64,000 nucleotides of DNA from a virus: the IMG/VR virus record IMGVR_UViG_3300022188_000008, positions 1 through 64,000 of that record; one strand, 5' to 3'. Positions within the stretch are counted from its first letter, which is position 1. Each line of letters starts with the position of its first letter. A program made the position numbers and the translations under genes. Shown piece by piece: positions 8,316 to 18,814 of this stretch. A model generated the notes under the pieces. The model had not been told where the DNA came from. It was given only the letters and a program-made list of their open reading frames with translations, and made no database searches.

Positions 8316-8597
8316 CTATTTCTTACCTTCTTTTATCAGACTTACAGCTTCTTTTAGTTCTTGTTCTAAATTTGTAATTTCACTTTCCATGTTTATTCTG
8401 GATATATCTAACTTAGAAGCAGCCTGAGCAAGAGTAGTTATGATTGTTATGAATTCTATAAGTTTGAATTCTATTGTTAATCCTCTATAACCCAGTATAA
8501 CAAGAACTTTATTATATTCTTTATTTATTAAAACAGTTACGTTGAAATCTTTAAATTCTTCTAGTATTTCATAATCTTTTAATTCTAATTCAGTCAT
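8316..8597 (-). CDS. Hypothetical protein
   Basis: AGGAG RBS; abuts neighbouring genes. Confidence 0.6.
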   Translation of the reverse strand: MTELELKDYEILEEFKDFNVTVLINKEYNKVLVILGYRGLTIEFKLIEFITIITTLAQAASKLDISRINMESEITNLEQELKEAVSLIKEGKK

Positions 8598-8608
8598 TTT
8601 ATACTCCT

Positions 8609-10885
8609 TTAAAGATTGAATTTTTTACATAATGCTATTAATTGTTTCTCATCTCCAGCTTTTATTTTGAACTTCTCACCTGTTTTCTTATCTTCATAAA
8701 CATATTCGAAGCTATTATCTACTATTTTATTGAATTTTTGTTTATTGGTAGGAATTAATATCCCTTCAAATGCTAAATATCTATCATAACCACCCCATTC
8801 TGGAACTCCTGTAGTAAAGAAAAAGGGGATAATTGTACGTGAGAAACTAGGACCTCGGCGTGTTTTATCTACAATAACTTCTAAATATACTCCTACTTGT
8901 TTATTACCTATTTTTATAGGTTTCTTGGCATCTAATGCTATTCCGCATGTTCTGAGATAATCAGGTGCAGTTCCACATGCTTTTGTTTTAGGATTGGTAA
9001 ACATTGCATTGGGATTAAATGTTACGTGGTTAGAAAATAATATCATTGTTTTTGAATCTATAACTAATAATTCCCTGAAAGCAGCATGGATGGCTTTTGC
9101 TTTTTTACCCATATCTTCGCCTTTTAAACCTTTTGGCATGAAAGCAGCCAGGGAATCAATAAGAACAACAATATGATAGTGCATATCAGGGTCTTTATCT
9201 CTTATTTTAGTTACTGTCTCCAGGATAAAATCCTTTGCTGCTTCGGGAGTAGGGATAGAAGCTGGTTTAGCTAATATGACTTTGTCAGTCTCTATGCCTA
9301 AGAATTCGGCTCTCTTTGTAGTATATGCTTTTTCCCTATCAAGAATAATCCCTATTGTTGGAGGATATTGTTTTTGGGCATTTGCAAGTGCTTTCTGCAA
9401 GAAAAAGGAATTATGAGATACAAAGCCATTGGCAAGATACTTGTGCTGTATTGGCATTTCTATATCAAGAACATCACTTTTATATTTCTGAATCTTATAC
9501 ACTTTATCGTGTGTTGTTTTAACATAACTTAAATCCTTATCCATATAAGGTAAGGCATATTGTACCATTAGTGCAAATTTAGAGGGATAATTTTTCTCAA
9601 CGAAATTTATATCTGTTAGATTTAGTAATTTTGCCATGTTTATTTTATCGAATTTAAGGCTTAATCTAGTCATCTGAAAAGGGGTAATGACATTTATATA
9701 TCTAAAATGTTTTTCTTCATCAGATGAAGTATAAAAACCCCTGCTTTGTATTCCTAAAGATTCTAAGTATAGTTTTATAAAATAAAGTATATAGAATGAA
9801 AAAGAAAACACAGAATATTTCTTCTTCTCCATTCTTCCATTTAAAGCCATAAATTCTATTATGAATCTTAAAATTTTCTTCTTAGGTGCTCTTAATATAG
9901 AAAAAGGTACAAAACGTGCCCCTGTTGGAAAATTCAATGTTAACCCTATATTCATAAGATAAGGAATTAATTGTTGTGTTAGATCTTCTATATCATATCT
10001 TTCCTCTTCAATATTTAGTATCCTAGCTATAAGAGTCTTACACACTCTACTTATATCAGCTTTATTCATTTGATTCAGGGTAAACTGCTGAGTAGGTAAT
10101 TGCTTTAAATACCCATCTTTATACTCATAAAAAGTCAAAATAAGAGCCATAAGGCTTATAAGATCGTTAGTTAACCTGGTAGGAAGAGCAGCAAGAACTG
10201 AATAATCCACAATAGCTTCATCGTCAACTATCTCATATTTTGGTAACTTTAGTGTTCCTTTACGTTCTGTCACATTAGGAAGAGAAATCTTAACATCGTC
10301 ATCTTTTGTTATATCTTTCAGTTCTTTATCTATAACTTTTCCATTTTTATCTATTACTTCTATTTTATGCTCAGGAGTGCCTGCTATTGTAAATCCATTA
10401 TAAGTTATGATTCTTATAACCTTTTCATTTTTCGCAAAGTATATCTTATCTACTTTCTCCGATTCCTGCTTTCCTTCTATAGGTATTTTCTTATCCAATT
10501 CCCACCAATAATTAGGAGGAAGAAAGTCTTTCATTTTTGTGAAATATCTGCCTGTAAGGAGATTATAGCCAGAAGGAGGGAAAATAATATCATCAATCAT
10601 TATGAAGCCATAATCAGGACTGAAGAGGTAAGTATCCGGTGTTACGCATTTCCCTGTTTGTGATAATCCAAAAAATTCATGAAGATGCCCAAAAGGCAAC
10701 CCCCCATAGAGCATCTTATCAATTGCCTTATTGCCTAATGTTAGTAAATCCCCTTCTGTTGATTCAGAAAATAATTCAATATCAGCTCCAAAATCTTTTC
10801 TAAGACTGGTAATTAATGTTTTTAGATTTATATCTTTCTTCTTTTTATCTTCTCCCATCATCTTACTCCAGATTAGGAATACCAA
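8609..10885 (-). CDS. RecA/UvsX-like recombinase interrupted by an intein
   Basis: GGLPFG, P-loop GLSQTGK[intein]S, DREKA, LIDSLAA; true start probably MMGED. Confidence 0.88.
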   Translation of the reverse strand: MVFLIWSKMMGEDKKKKDINLKTLITSLRKDFGADIELFSESTEGDLLTLGNKAIDKMLYGGLPFGHLHEFFGLSQTGKCVTPDTYLFSPDYGFIMIDDIIFPPSGYNLLTGRYFTKMKDFLPPNYWWELDKKIPIEGKQESEKVDKIYFAKNEKVIRIITYNGFTIAGTPEHKIEVIDKNGKVIDKELKDITKDDDVKISLPNVTERKGTLKLPKYEIVDDEAIVDYSVLAALPTRLTNDLISLMALILTFYEYKDGYLKQLPTQQFTLNQMNKADISRVCKTLIARILNIEEERYDIEDLTQQLIPYLMNIGLTLNFPTGARFVPFSILRAPKKKILRFIIEFMALNGRMEKKKYSVFSFSFYILYFIKLYLESLGIQSRGFYTSSDEEKHFRYINVITPFQMTRLSLKFDKINMAKLLNLTDINFVEKNYPSKFALMVQYALPYMDKDLSYVKTTHDKVYKIQKYKSDVLDIEMPIQHKYLANGFVSHNSFFLQKALANAQKQYPPTIGIILDREKAYTTKRAEFLGIETDKVILAKPASIPTPEAAKDFILETVTKIRDKDPDMHYHIVVLIDSLAAFMPKGLKGEDMGKKAKAIHAAFRELLVIDSKTMILFSNHVTFNPNAMFTNPKTKACGTAPDYLRTCGIALDAKKPIKIGNKQVGVYLEVIVDKTRRGPSFSRTIIPFFFTTGVPEWGGYDRYLAFEGILIPTNKQKFNKIVDNSFEYVYEDKKTGEKFKIKAGDEKQLIALCKKFNL
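9410..10648 (-). mobile_element. Intein (413 aa) in the RecA P-loop with a degenerate LAGLIDADG-like endonuclease
   Basis: Starts CVTPDT right after GK; block B GTPEHKI; ends YLANGFVSHN followed by Ser. Confidence 0.9.
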
Positions 10886-11759
10886 GAATATTCAGTATCT
10901 TCTCTAATTCATCACTAGAAATACCTTCAAACGTTATCTCTTTCTTTTTATTTCTCGCTATTCCTATCATATTCTCAAGTATTTTTACACCAACCCTGAA
11001 AGGAATGGTAAACCCAGCAGCATTCCTATACCCATCTCCAGTATATAGCCTGGCAATCTCTGATACATCAATAGACCCCAAAGATCTTAATTGGAAAACA
11101 ATAGAATCTTTTCTATCTACATACCATATCATTACTGCATCACATTTTTTTACCTTTAAAAGATAATCTGCAATATCAGCAATATGTGTACGAGTATTGA
11201 GTATAGCAATCTTTAATCCATTCTCTAAAGTCGTTATATATGCTCTTTCAGCGTTAAGCCTTATCATGTCCATATATTGGTCATAATTAGCTTCTCCAAT
11301 AAGAGTTAAATACTGAAAAGCAATACCTTCTGGATCAGAATAAAGTTCATCAAGTACGTGGTGCTCAGGAGTTTTACAATTCCTGAGTATGTGTTCTAGT
11401 TGAACACAAAATGCCTCACTTTCTCTGAATTTGCCTAATTTAAGCTCTTTATTAGCTATGTAAAGTACATACTTTGGTACATTAGTAGGATCTTTTAGTG
11501 CGTAAACAAGCCCAAGTGTAGATATAGAATTAGAAGTCGTAAATTTATGGCTTATTTGATCAGCATCAAGATCAGTTTCTATGTATTCCTGAGCACCTAA
11601 AATCACAATTTTATCGTGATTTTTTAAATCATAATCATTCAATGCAGGAGTTCTGAAGAAAGGAATGAATCTGACTTCCTCTTGATTGCATCTTATTTTG
11701 TAATAATGGTGTGCAGCAACTTTGCCATCTAATGTATTATTATAAAAAATGACATACAT
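10863..11759 (-). CDS. Degenerate DHH/DHHA1-family protein
   Basis: YNNTLDG, LRS...DVSEIARLYTGDGYRNAAGF; the DHH triad and GGGH are altered. Confidence 0.65.
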   Translation of the reverse strand: MYVIFYNNTLDGKVAAHHYYKIRCNQEEVRFIPFFRTPALNDYDLKNHDKIVILGAQEYIETDLDADQISHKFTTSNSISTLGLVYALKDPTNVPKYVLYIANKELKLGKFRESEAFCVQLEHILRNCKTPEHHVLDELYSDPEGIAFQYLTLIGEANYDQYMDMIRLNAERAYITTLENGLKIAILNTRTHIADIADYLLKVKKCDAVMIWYVDRKDSIVFQLRSLGSIDVSEIARLYTGDGYRNAAGFTIPFRVGVKILENMIGIARNKKKEITFEGISSDELEKILNILGIPNLE

Positions 11760-11762
11760 ATT

Positions 11763-12725
11763 CTAACTCCATTTCTCTTCTATGAGTATTTTATGAAGTT
11801 TTAATAGGATTCCAATGAGTTTAATATCTGCACCTGTATGATAGAATGGTTCTCCTAATTCTATCAGAAGCTCTCCTATATCTCCTGCTACTTGCCAATT
11901 GGAAGGATTCATTGCTACTTTTGACATATATCTTCCAATTATCATTCTTGCAAGTTCGGGGTCTTTCTTTAATTTTTCATGACATTTAGAAAGAGCTTCT
12001 TGGAATAATATGATTTTGGTAGAAACACCATTAATAGGTTTTTTCAGTAATACCCTAAGAAGCTCTATGAGTTCAATATCATCTTGAGCTAACTCATCAA
12101 TTACTTTTTTGACTTTTGAGAAATTGGAAATAAATGATTTGGCTTTATCAAGAGCAACAAGCATATCTCTTGGGTTACCCTCAAATCTTGATGCAAGATA
12201 TGTCAATGCTTTCTTTGCAGGTTTTATTTTCTCTCTTTTGCAAATAAATGTAAGGAAATCAATAGCATCATCTTTGGAAAGGTTTTTTACTTCAAAAGGC
12301 ATCAGCCTGCTTCTAAGAGTTTCAGGAAGTTTGAGATGCTCATTTGTACATAAAACAAAGAAGATACCCTCTTTGGGTTCTTCTATTTCTGTAAGTAACT
12401 CATCTACAGCTTTTGATGATAACCTGTGTGCTTCGTCTATAACAAAGACTTTATTATCTTTTGTCATAGATTTGTATTTAACGTGCAATAATAATTCTCT
12501 TATATCATCTACTCCTGACCCTGTAACATATTCTGTTTCAGCATCAAGATGATGTATTAAGATATTGGCTAGGGTAGTTTTTCCTGCTCCTCTTTTTCCA
12601 TAGAAAAGATATGCTCGGGGTATCTCATTAATAGGTCTTTTCAATAGTTCGGAAAGGCTTTCTTTTAAAGCCTGGTTTCCAAAAAATTCGTCAAGAGTTT
12701 TAGGTCTGTGTTTAACATGTAGCAT
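11763..12725 (-). CDS. Clamp-loader AAA+ subunit (DnaX/RFC-like)
   Basis: KHRPKTLDE, GKRGAGKTT, IDEAHRL, LRSRL. Confidence 0.85.
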   Translation of the reverse strand: MLHVKHRPKTLDEFFGNQALKESLSELLKRPINEIPRAYLFYGKRGAGKTTLANILIHHLDAETEYVTGSGVDDIRELLLHVKYKSMTKDNKVFVIDEAHRLSSKAVDELLTEIEEPKEGIFFVLCTNEHLKLPETLRSRLMPFEVKNLSKDDAIDFLTFICKREKIKPAKKALTYLASRFEGNPRDMLVALDKAKSFISNFSKVKKVIDELAQDDIELIELLRVLLKKPINGVSTKIILFQEALSKCHEKLKKDPELARMIIGRYMSKVAMNPSNWQVAGDIGELLIELGEPFYHTGADIKLIGILLKLHKILIEEKWS

Positions 12726-12744
12726 TTTTATCCCCTTTTTAAAT

Positions 12745-12768
12745 AGAGGGGGTAGATAACCCCCTCTA
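12745..12768. terminator. Intrinsic terminator-like hairpin
   Basis: tagagggg...cccctcta inverted repeat. Confidence 0.55.
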
Positions 12769-12902
12769 CATTACACTTGGTTAAACCTTTTTCCTGTATT
12801 ACTGGTCACGCTGTTAGTAAAATAAACCATAACCTACAAGAGCCAGCAAATAATGTGAAATCTACCCGATAACTATCACCTCCCTTCTATCAAAGAGGAA
12901 GG

Positions 12903-13727
12903 CTAAGCAAAGATATCTTCTTCCTCTTCGTTGCTCTCCTCATCAAAATCGGGGATCTCATCAAGCTCAGCCTGATCGAACGGTGCGCTATCATCTAATA
13001 AATCACCTGTATCAGAACTGGTATCCTCAAGAGATGCAAGAGTAACATCGTCCACATAATGAGTCCACACGATTCTAAGAGGAGGCTTAGAAGGAGCTTT
13101 AGGATTAGGTAAGAACCTGATCTTTAAGCTCTCATTTGGTTCAAGCATATCCTTTAATGATTTGATACCATCCAATTCTTCATTTTTCAGTTTATCAAAA
13201 ACACTATCAATATCAGGTACGTAATTGAGGATCTTCATATTAGGAAGTTTATGTGTTCCTTCAAGATCGGGAGTAGTTCTGTAAGATACCCAATCATCTT
13301 TGGTTTTTGGGGGAATCTTAGTAACATAGATTATTCTACCCTTCGCAGGATGAAATATATTCCCCCATAAACCTGTATTATACACCCCATCAAGAACCTC
13401 TTCAGCTACAGATACAGGAACATGAAGAATAAAAGGCTTTTTCTGAACACTAGGAATCCACACAGGGAAAAAACATTGTTTCTTAGCATAGATTCTTCGT
13501 GCTAATACCTCATCTTCCTTACTCCCAGAATTAAAAAGTTCTGCTGCTTTTTCACATATTTTACATTTTTGCTTGAAGTTTTTAAGAGGGCATACTTTTC
13601 CAAACTTCATACCCCCACCACTGAGACCCGAAAATGCTTGCTTACCAGCATTTAAATCAAGATCCCAAGGGTCTTTTTTACATAATACCATAGCCTGTTT
13701 AACATCGGATATTGTGATTCTATCCAT
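12903..13727 (-). CDS. Single-stranded DNA-binding protein (T4 gp32-like)
   Basis: CP...CKIC zinc motif, IFHPAKGR, very acidic C-terminal tail, recombination context. Confidence 0.65.
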   Translation of the reverse strand: MDRITISDVKQAMVLCKKDPWDLDLNAGKQAFSGLSGGGMKFGKVCPLKNFKQKCKICEKAAELFNSGSKEDEVLARRIYAKKQCFFPVWIPSVQKKPFILHVPVSVAEEVLDGVYNTGLWGNIFHPAKGRIIYVTKIPPKTKDDWVSYRTTPDLEGTHKLPNMKILNYVPDIDSVFDKLKNEELDGIKSLKDMLEPNESLKIRFLPNPKAPSKPPLRIVWTHYVDDVTLASLEDTSSDTGDLLDDSAPFDQAELDEIPDFDEESNEEEEDIFA

Positions 13728-13738
13728 TCTCTCCTCCT

Positions 13739-13972
13739 TTAATCCAATTCCTTAACTTTCATTTTATCTACTTTTAAAGCCATCTGCCTTGCCTTATGTA
13801 GCTCTTTTTTAACTTCTACAAACTTACTTCTCAGTTCCTTTGCATTCTTTAGTGTCCATTTGTTTCTAGCACGTACTGCTGCCAGAGATTTCAAATCATC
13901 AAGCATTTTAGGTAGCTTGTTTAACAAGTATCCTCTATACATTCTTTCCATTTTTTCCTCATTCATTTTCAT
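13739..13972 (-). CDS. Hypothetical protein
   Basis: Coupled start/stop; RBS. Confidence 0.55.
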   Translation of the reverse strand: MKMNEEKMERMYRGYLLNKLPKMLDDLKSLAAVRARNKWTLKNAKELRSKFVEVKKELHKARQMALKVDKMKVKELD

Positions 13973-14505
13973 CCTCCATATTTTTTGAAAAGTTTAACTA
14001 ATTTGCTCTTCATAAGTTTATGCCTATTTTGCATTACTTCCGAATCAGAAAAAGCTATTTTTTCCTGTAAACTCAATTTTTCTTCAATCTTTAATAGATA
14101 ATCAATTGCTCTTCCTCTTGAATCCATTATTGAATACATCCTACTTGCAAATCTTGCATCTGCTTCTGCTTCTCTTACTAGCTTATCCAAATTTGTATAT
14201 TCTTTATAGAGCGGAATCTTGGTTTTTTGTAGATCTTTTACTGCTGATGAAGCTATTGGTTTACCTATCTTCTCTGCATTTTTTACTATTTCATCTGTTA
14301 ATTTAGCAACTAGTTCATCTCTTTTTACAGCTAATTCTTTCGCCTTCTTTGTTAGCTCTCTTTCAATCATTGCCCATTGGGCTTTCTTGATAGGATTTAA
14401 TTTGGCTTCCTTAACCAAAGTTGCCATAGAAGAAGTATCTATGGAAACTTCAGTTATAAGGAATTTATTTTCATGTAGCAATTTTTTTATTTCAATATCT
14501 TTCAT
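13969..14505 (-). CDS. Helical protein, possibly a UvsY-like recombination mediator
   Basis: Coiled-coil character and position next to SSB; context only. Confidence 0.35.
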   Translation of the reverse strand: MKDIEIKKLLHENKFLITEVSIDTSSMATLVKEAKLNPIKKAQWAMIERELTKKAKELAVKRDELVAKLTDEIVKNAEKIGKPIASSAVKDLQKTKIPLYKEYTNLDKLVREAEADARFASRMYSIMDSRGRAIDYLLKIEEKLSLQEKIAFSDSEVMQNRHKLMKSKLVKLFKKYGG

Positions 14506-14514
14506 AACAATAAC

Positions 14515-14844
14515 CTATTTTTTAAACTGGTCAGGATGTTTAATATTTGCAATTTTATTAATTTCATTAATGTCAGGTATCTTTAAGCCTGAGACAGATT
14601 GTCGCCATGCTTTTTCCATTTCAGAAGGTGCTTCTGTAATGAAATAACCTCCTTCGGGTAGGACAAATTTACTACCAGAAGGTTTAACCATTCCCATAAA
14701 TGGAGATACCATATCAATTCTTATTTCTTTTGGATTCTGCGGATTAGGTGTGAACCTTATTAACAGCGGTTTCCATATGAAATTAGCCTTTTTCTCACCT
14801 ATAATATAGGTACTTCCAATTCTAACTAAGACAACTTTTTTCAT
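14515..14844 (-). CDS. Hypothetical protein (possible Sm-like fold)
   Basis: AGGAG RBS; beta-rich N-terminus VVLVRIG..IIGE, C-terminal SGLxIP. Confidence 0.5.
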   Translation of the reverse strand: MKKVVLVRIGSTYIIGEKKANFIWKPLLIRFTPNPQNPKEIRIDMVSPFMGMVKPSGSKFVLPEGGYFITEAPSEMEKAWRQSVSGLKIPDINEINKIANIKHPDQFKK

Positions 14845-14871
14845 AAATTTTCTCCTTTTTAAACGTTAATG

Positions 14872-14900
14872 ATAATACTATATTTTTTAATTATTGTCAA
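14872..14900 (-). promoter_or_regulatory. sigma70-type phage promoter
   Basis: TTGACA-17-TATTAT. Confidence 0.7.
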
Positions 14901-17371
14901 CAATATTTTTCCATAAATTGCTTATAATCTATCATATCGCCCCATTTATACCCTATTTTTATATCTATTGAAGGTCTGACATTCCATAATGCTTTCCTTA
15001 CTACTTTATTTTCTTGTGGGTACTTTACCATAGAATATGTTAGCATTTCGATTGCTTCCTCTATTGTAGCAAGGTGGTCATAGGTTTCTAATATAATACT
15101 ATCGTGAACATCAATTAATGGATAGATTGGTTCTGTCTCAGGATCATCTCTTTCGCACAAAGAATCTAATTTTATAAGCGCAAATAGTAATAAATCAGAT
15201 GAAAAAGATTGGATAACGGCATTAAATGCCTCTCTTTCAACCTCAGCATTAACATACTCAAATCTACGTCTTCTACCAAAAGGATTAGCTACAAATCCAT
15301 ATTTTCTTACATGGTCGATAGCATTATCTATTGCTTCCTTCACTTCAGGCATTCGTTCAAAATAGTCATTTATATACCTTTCTGCCTCTTCTACAGATAT
15401 ACCAAGTCTTATTGCCAATCCTTCCTTGGTCATACCATACAATACCCCAAAAGATATGCTTTTTGCTACTGTTCTTAGCTCTTTTGATACTTCGTTATAG
15501 GGTACTTTAAAAACTTCTGAAGCAACAAGAGTGTGAAAATCTTTCCTTTTATCATTACAGAATTCTCTCATTGCGGGGCATTTTGAATAAGCAGCAGCGC
15601 ATTTTATTTCAGAAGTATCATAATCCGCAGCAATTAATACCTTACCTTCCCTGGCAATGACTATGTTTTTTAATGTTTTATCCCTGCTAGGGATGTTCTG
15701 GATATTGAAATCTGATATTGAAATATCATCCTGAAAGAGCTTGGTTTTGGCCTTTTTTATATCTATTCCCTTGGTTCTACCTCCAGAACTCAATCTACCA
15801 GTAGCTGTACGGGTTAGATTATATGTTGGATAACCAATATCTCCTATTAATTTTGGAATTAATCCTGAGAGATAAGTAGATCTAGCTTTTTGTATCTTCC
15901 TTAATCGCAATAACAATTTAGCTATATCACATTCAAGATTATCAGCATAATATTCTAAAGTTCTAACATCCATTGCAGGAAGTTTTGTTTTCTTACTTTC
16001 AGAAATAACTGGGTATTTTTTGAATTCAATGAAAAATTCCCTTATATCTTTTGAAGAAGTTAATTTTATTGAACCATAATGTTTTCTGAATTCAATGAAA
16101 TCGGGTTTGCTTCTAATGTTTCTTTCTATTACTCGCTGTCTTTTAGCTAAAAAAGCATCTAATTTCTTCATATAAGGAACATCAAATCTGACCCCTCGTT
16201 GTTCTTTTCGATAAATAACCTTTAAAGCAGGAATCATAATGTTATTATGAAGCCATAATAATTTTTCTTTCCTCAATTTTTTATATAGTTTTTCAGCTAA
16301 TCTTAATTCTCCTACACAATCAGCAGCATTATATTCATATAGCTGCTTATCGTTCATGTGAAGGACATTACCTTCTGCATCTTTTTTATATTTTGCAAAT
16401 TCTGGAAGATAACGTCTGTATAGTTCGAGGAGATTATATCTTCTTTGATTTTCATTAAGAAGATACCCTGCTAGCATGGTATCGGTGAAAATCTTAGGCC
16501 ATTTGCAGTTATTTTTATAGCATAGAAATCCTGCATCGAAGCCTATATTTTGTCCTAATATCTTTGTTTCGGATTTGAAAAGTTTAACTATATACTCTTT
16601 AACCATTTCTGAGTATGGGAAAACATAGGCTTTTCTTTTATCTACAGCTATTCCAATGCATCTAACATCAATATGAGGTAATTTATAAGCAAGTCCATTT
16701 GTTTCGATATCGAGACATACATATTTCCTTGCCAGTATCTCTTCATTAAAGACCTTTTCAACCTCATCAGGCTTATCTACTACTACATATTCATAATTCA
16801 GTTTAATTTCAGTGCTCTTTCCTGTTATTTGTTTTTTCCCAGTAAGAACATGTTCGATATGATCTACTAATTTCTTAAACAAAATGGATGCAGTGCCTCC
16901 ATTTCTTTTTATATAGGAAGGATGATAGAAAGGATATACCTTTATTCCATGAAAATCATAAACAGTCCCTACACATCTTTTCATGGATTTTATGTTTTCT
17001 TTCAGCATTACAGATGCTGCTAATTTACCCAAGGTTATGATACCTTTTGACGGGGGATATTTGGCAATATCTGAATAGAGATGAATCCTAGAGCAATTCA
17101 TGCTTTCAGCGAATGTAGGAGTTCTTATCTTGCCATCCTTATCAAAAGGAGGGCATAAACAAGAATTGTTTATCCTGAACCTGAATTTTCTACCTATTGC
17201 TTTGCTGACAATACGTATAGCTGTACGGAGAAGTTGCCCTGATTCCCCTATAAAAGGTATACCCTCCTCAAACTCCTGAGTTCCAGGGGCCTCTCCAATG
17301 AAATAAATCTCAGGGTTTTTATCCCCGTTAGGATGAATCATTCTGCTATAAATTTTACAAGGACAGCCCAT
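14897..17371 (-). CDS. Family A DNA polymerase with N-terminal family-4 uracil-DNA glycosylase-like domain and 3'-5' exonuclease
   Basis: GEAPG...PFIGESG and YHPSY (UDG); LDIET, YNAAD (exo); TGRLSS, NIQNIP, ADYDTSE, RTVAKSISFGVLYG, VHDS (pol A). Confidence 0.93.
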   Translation of the reverse strand: MGCPCKIYSRMIHPNGDKNPEIYFIGEAPGTQEFEEGIPFIGESGQLLRTAIRIVSKAIGRKFRFRINNSCLCPPFDKDGKIRTPTFAESMNCSRIHLYSDIAKYPPSKGIITLGKLAASVMLKENIKSMKRCVGTVYDFHGIKVYPFYHPSYIKRNGGTASILFKKLVDHIEHVLTGKKQITGKSTEIKLNYEYVVVDKPDEVEKVFNEEILARKYVCLDIETNGLAYKLPHIDVRCIGIAVDKRKAYVFPYSEMVKEYIVKLFKSETKILGQNIGFDAGFLCYKNNCKWPKIFTDTMLAGYLLNENQRRYNLLELYRRYLPEFAKYKKDAEGNVLHMNDKQLYEYNAADCVGELRLAEKLYKKLRKEKLLWLHNNIMIPALKVIYRKEQRGVRFDVPYMKKLDAFLAKRQRVIERNIRSKPDFIEFRKHYGSIKLTSSKDIREFFIEFKKYPVISESKKTKLPAMDVRTLEYYADNLECDIAKLLLRLRKIQKARSTYLSGLIPKLIGDIGYPTYNLTRTATGRLSSGGRTKGIDIKKAKTKLFQDDISISDFNIQNIPSRDKTLKNIVIAREGKVLIAADYDTSEIKCAAAYSKCPAMREFCNDKRKDFHTLVASEVFKVPYNEVSKELRTVAKSISFGVLYGMTKEGLAIRLGISVEEAERYINDYFERMPEVKEAIDNAIDHVRKYGFVANPFGRRRRFEYVNAEVEREAFNAVIQSFSSDLLLFALIKLDSLCERDDPETEPIYPLIDVHDSIILETYDHLATIEEAIEMLTYSMVKYPQENKVVRKALWNVRPSIDIKIGYKWGDMIDYKQFMEKYC

Positions 17372-17379
17372 TTTATAAC

Positions 17380-18410
17380 CTATTTTATTATATCTTCAGT
17401 ATTATTAACATCTGCTTCTTTTGAGACTATAAATACTATATTTTTTTCTGAGGTCATAAAAGCATAAACTTTATCAGATTCTGAGACACAGTTAAGCTCT
17501 AATTTATAGATTAACTTAAATATCTTTGGGCTTATGCTTATATTTAGCTGCCCAGAAGTGACTTTTATTTTACGTTTAATATTCGCTGTAGGTGATTTCA
17601 GCATTATCACCCCATTAGGATATTTGCCTTTTATGTGTAGATTCTTCACCCAATATGAAGATTCGATATACTGCGATATCTGCCAGAATTTATCTATGCT
17701 TTCAAAATCAATACTTGCCTGTTTCTCTAACCCTTCTAAGAAATGCTTATAATCTATCTTATCATAAGTTAATTTCTTGCATACTATCTCACCTATTGGA
17801 TACTGAAGAAAGATAAACTCATCTGCAAACCCAATAAAATCAGGTTCTGTAGCAACAATAATATCTACAAGTACTCCAGGAATATCTTCTTTTATCTGAA
17901 CAGGTAGTCCAGCATTTACTGCCATCAAGGATATTGGAGAGAATGAGATAGCTTTACCTGTACTCAATTTCACAAAGTTTAAATCCTTGAACATACTGAG
18001 AGACCTTGCTACTTTCATGTTTTCTTTAAGGATATAAAGGACTTGCCTAAGATCACTACCTGTAATAGTTTGCTCTACTTCTTTAGTAATACTGTTTGCT
18101 ATATCCCTTCTTTCGTTCAGGGCTTCTTTGTAGTCATCGAAAGGCATAGATAAGTTAATTTTGAGATTAGATGATTTGCTTTTGATATGAAGTATATTGT
18201 TCTTTAATATAAAAGAAGGATTCTCTGATAGAAGAGGATATATAATGGAATTAAAAGTTTTATAATTCATATATACATCATCAGTTAATTGATATGATTT
18301 ATTGTCAGCAAATAAATCAAATTTCCCATATAAGACTCCTGAAGTACATTCTACACTTCCTTCAGAAGTAATTCTGATAGGATTAAGTTCAGGGTCTTTC
18401 TCATTCCTCA
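17380..18410 (-). CDS. Putative sliding clamp (beta-clamp-like)
   Basis: About 340-350 aa with alternating beta/alpha pattern (e.g. NILHIKSKSSNLKINL); adjacent to the polymerase; loader present. Start uncertain (18410 or 18444). Confidence 0.4.
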
Positions 18411-18763
18411 TCACTGCTGTTATTAATTTCTTTAACATCTCCACTCCTTCTTAACTTTTTATATATGTTCTCACATATTGCTTTTGTTTCATCATACAGC
18501 CTCATACTGTTATGCAGTCTATTATACATCTGCCTGTTTATCTCTCTCAGAATTTCTTCAGGTGTCAGTTTATCAACATCGACAAATATCTGAATGACAT
18601 AAGGAAGGTTCAGTATTCTGAAGTTGACATATGTAGTATCATTTTCTCTGACTAGAGATATTACATACAAATCTAATCCAGCATTCTTTAATCTTCCAAC
18701 TATATCCCCTAGTTCAAGTTTAGCTTCCTCTCCAAGCAAGTCAAATGGAATTACTCTAGACAT
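18401..18763 (-). CDS. Hypothetical protein
   Basis: GGAGG RBS immediately after a promoter. Confidence 0.65.
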   Translation of the reverse strand: MSRVIPFDLLGEEAKLELGDIVGRLKNAGLDLYVISLVRENDTTYVNFRILNLPYVIQIFVDVDKLTPEEILREINRQMYNRLHNSMRLYDETKAICENIYKKLRRSGDVKEINNSSDEE

Positions 18764-18785
18764 TTCTACCTCCTTCTAGCTTCAG

Positions 18786-18814
18786 ATAATACTAGATTTT
18801 AGAAAAAATGTCAA
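18786..18814 (-). promoter_or_regulatory. sigma70-type phage promoter
   Basis: TTGACA-17-TATTAT. Confidence 0.7.

Noticed and set aside
12770-12895. Small ORF after a strong GGGAGGTGA RBS downstream of SSB
   Set aside because: No start codon at a suitable spacing with an open frame; could not support a feature
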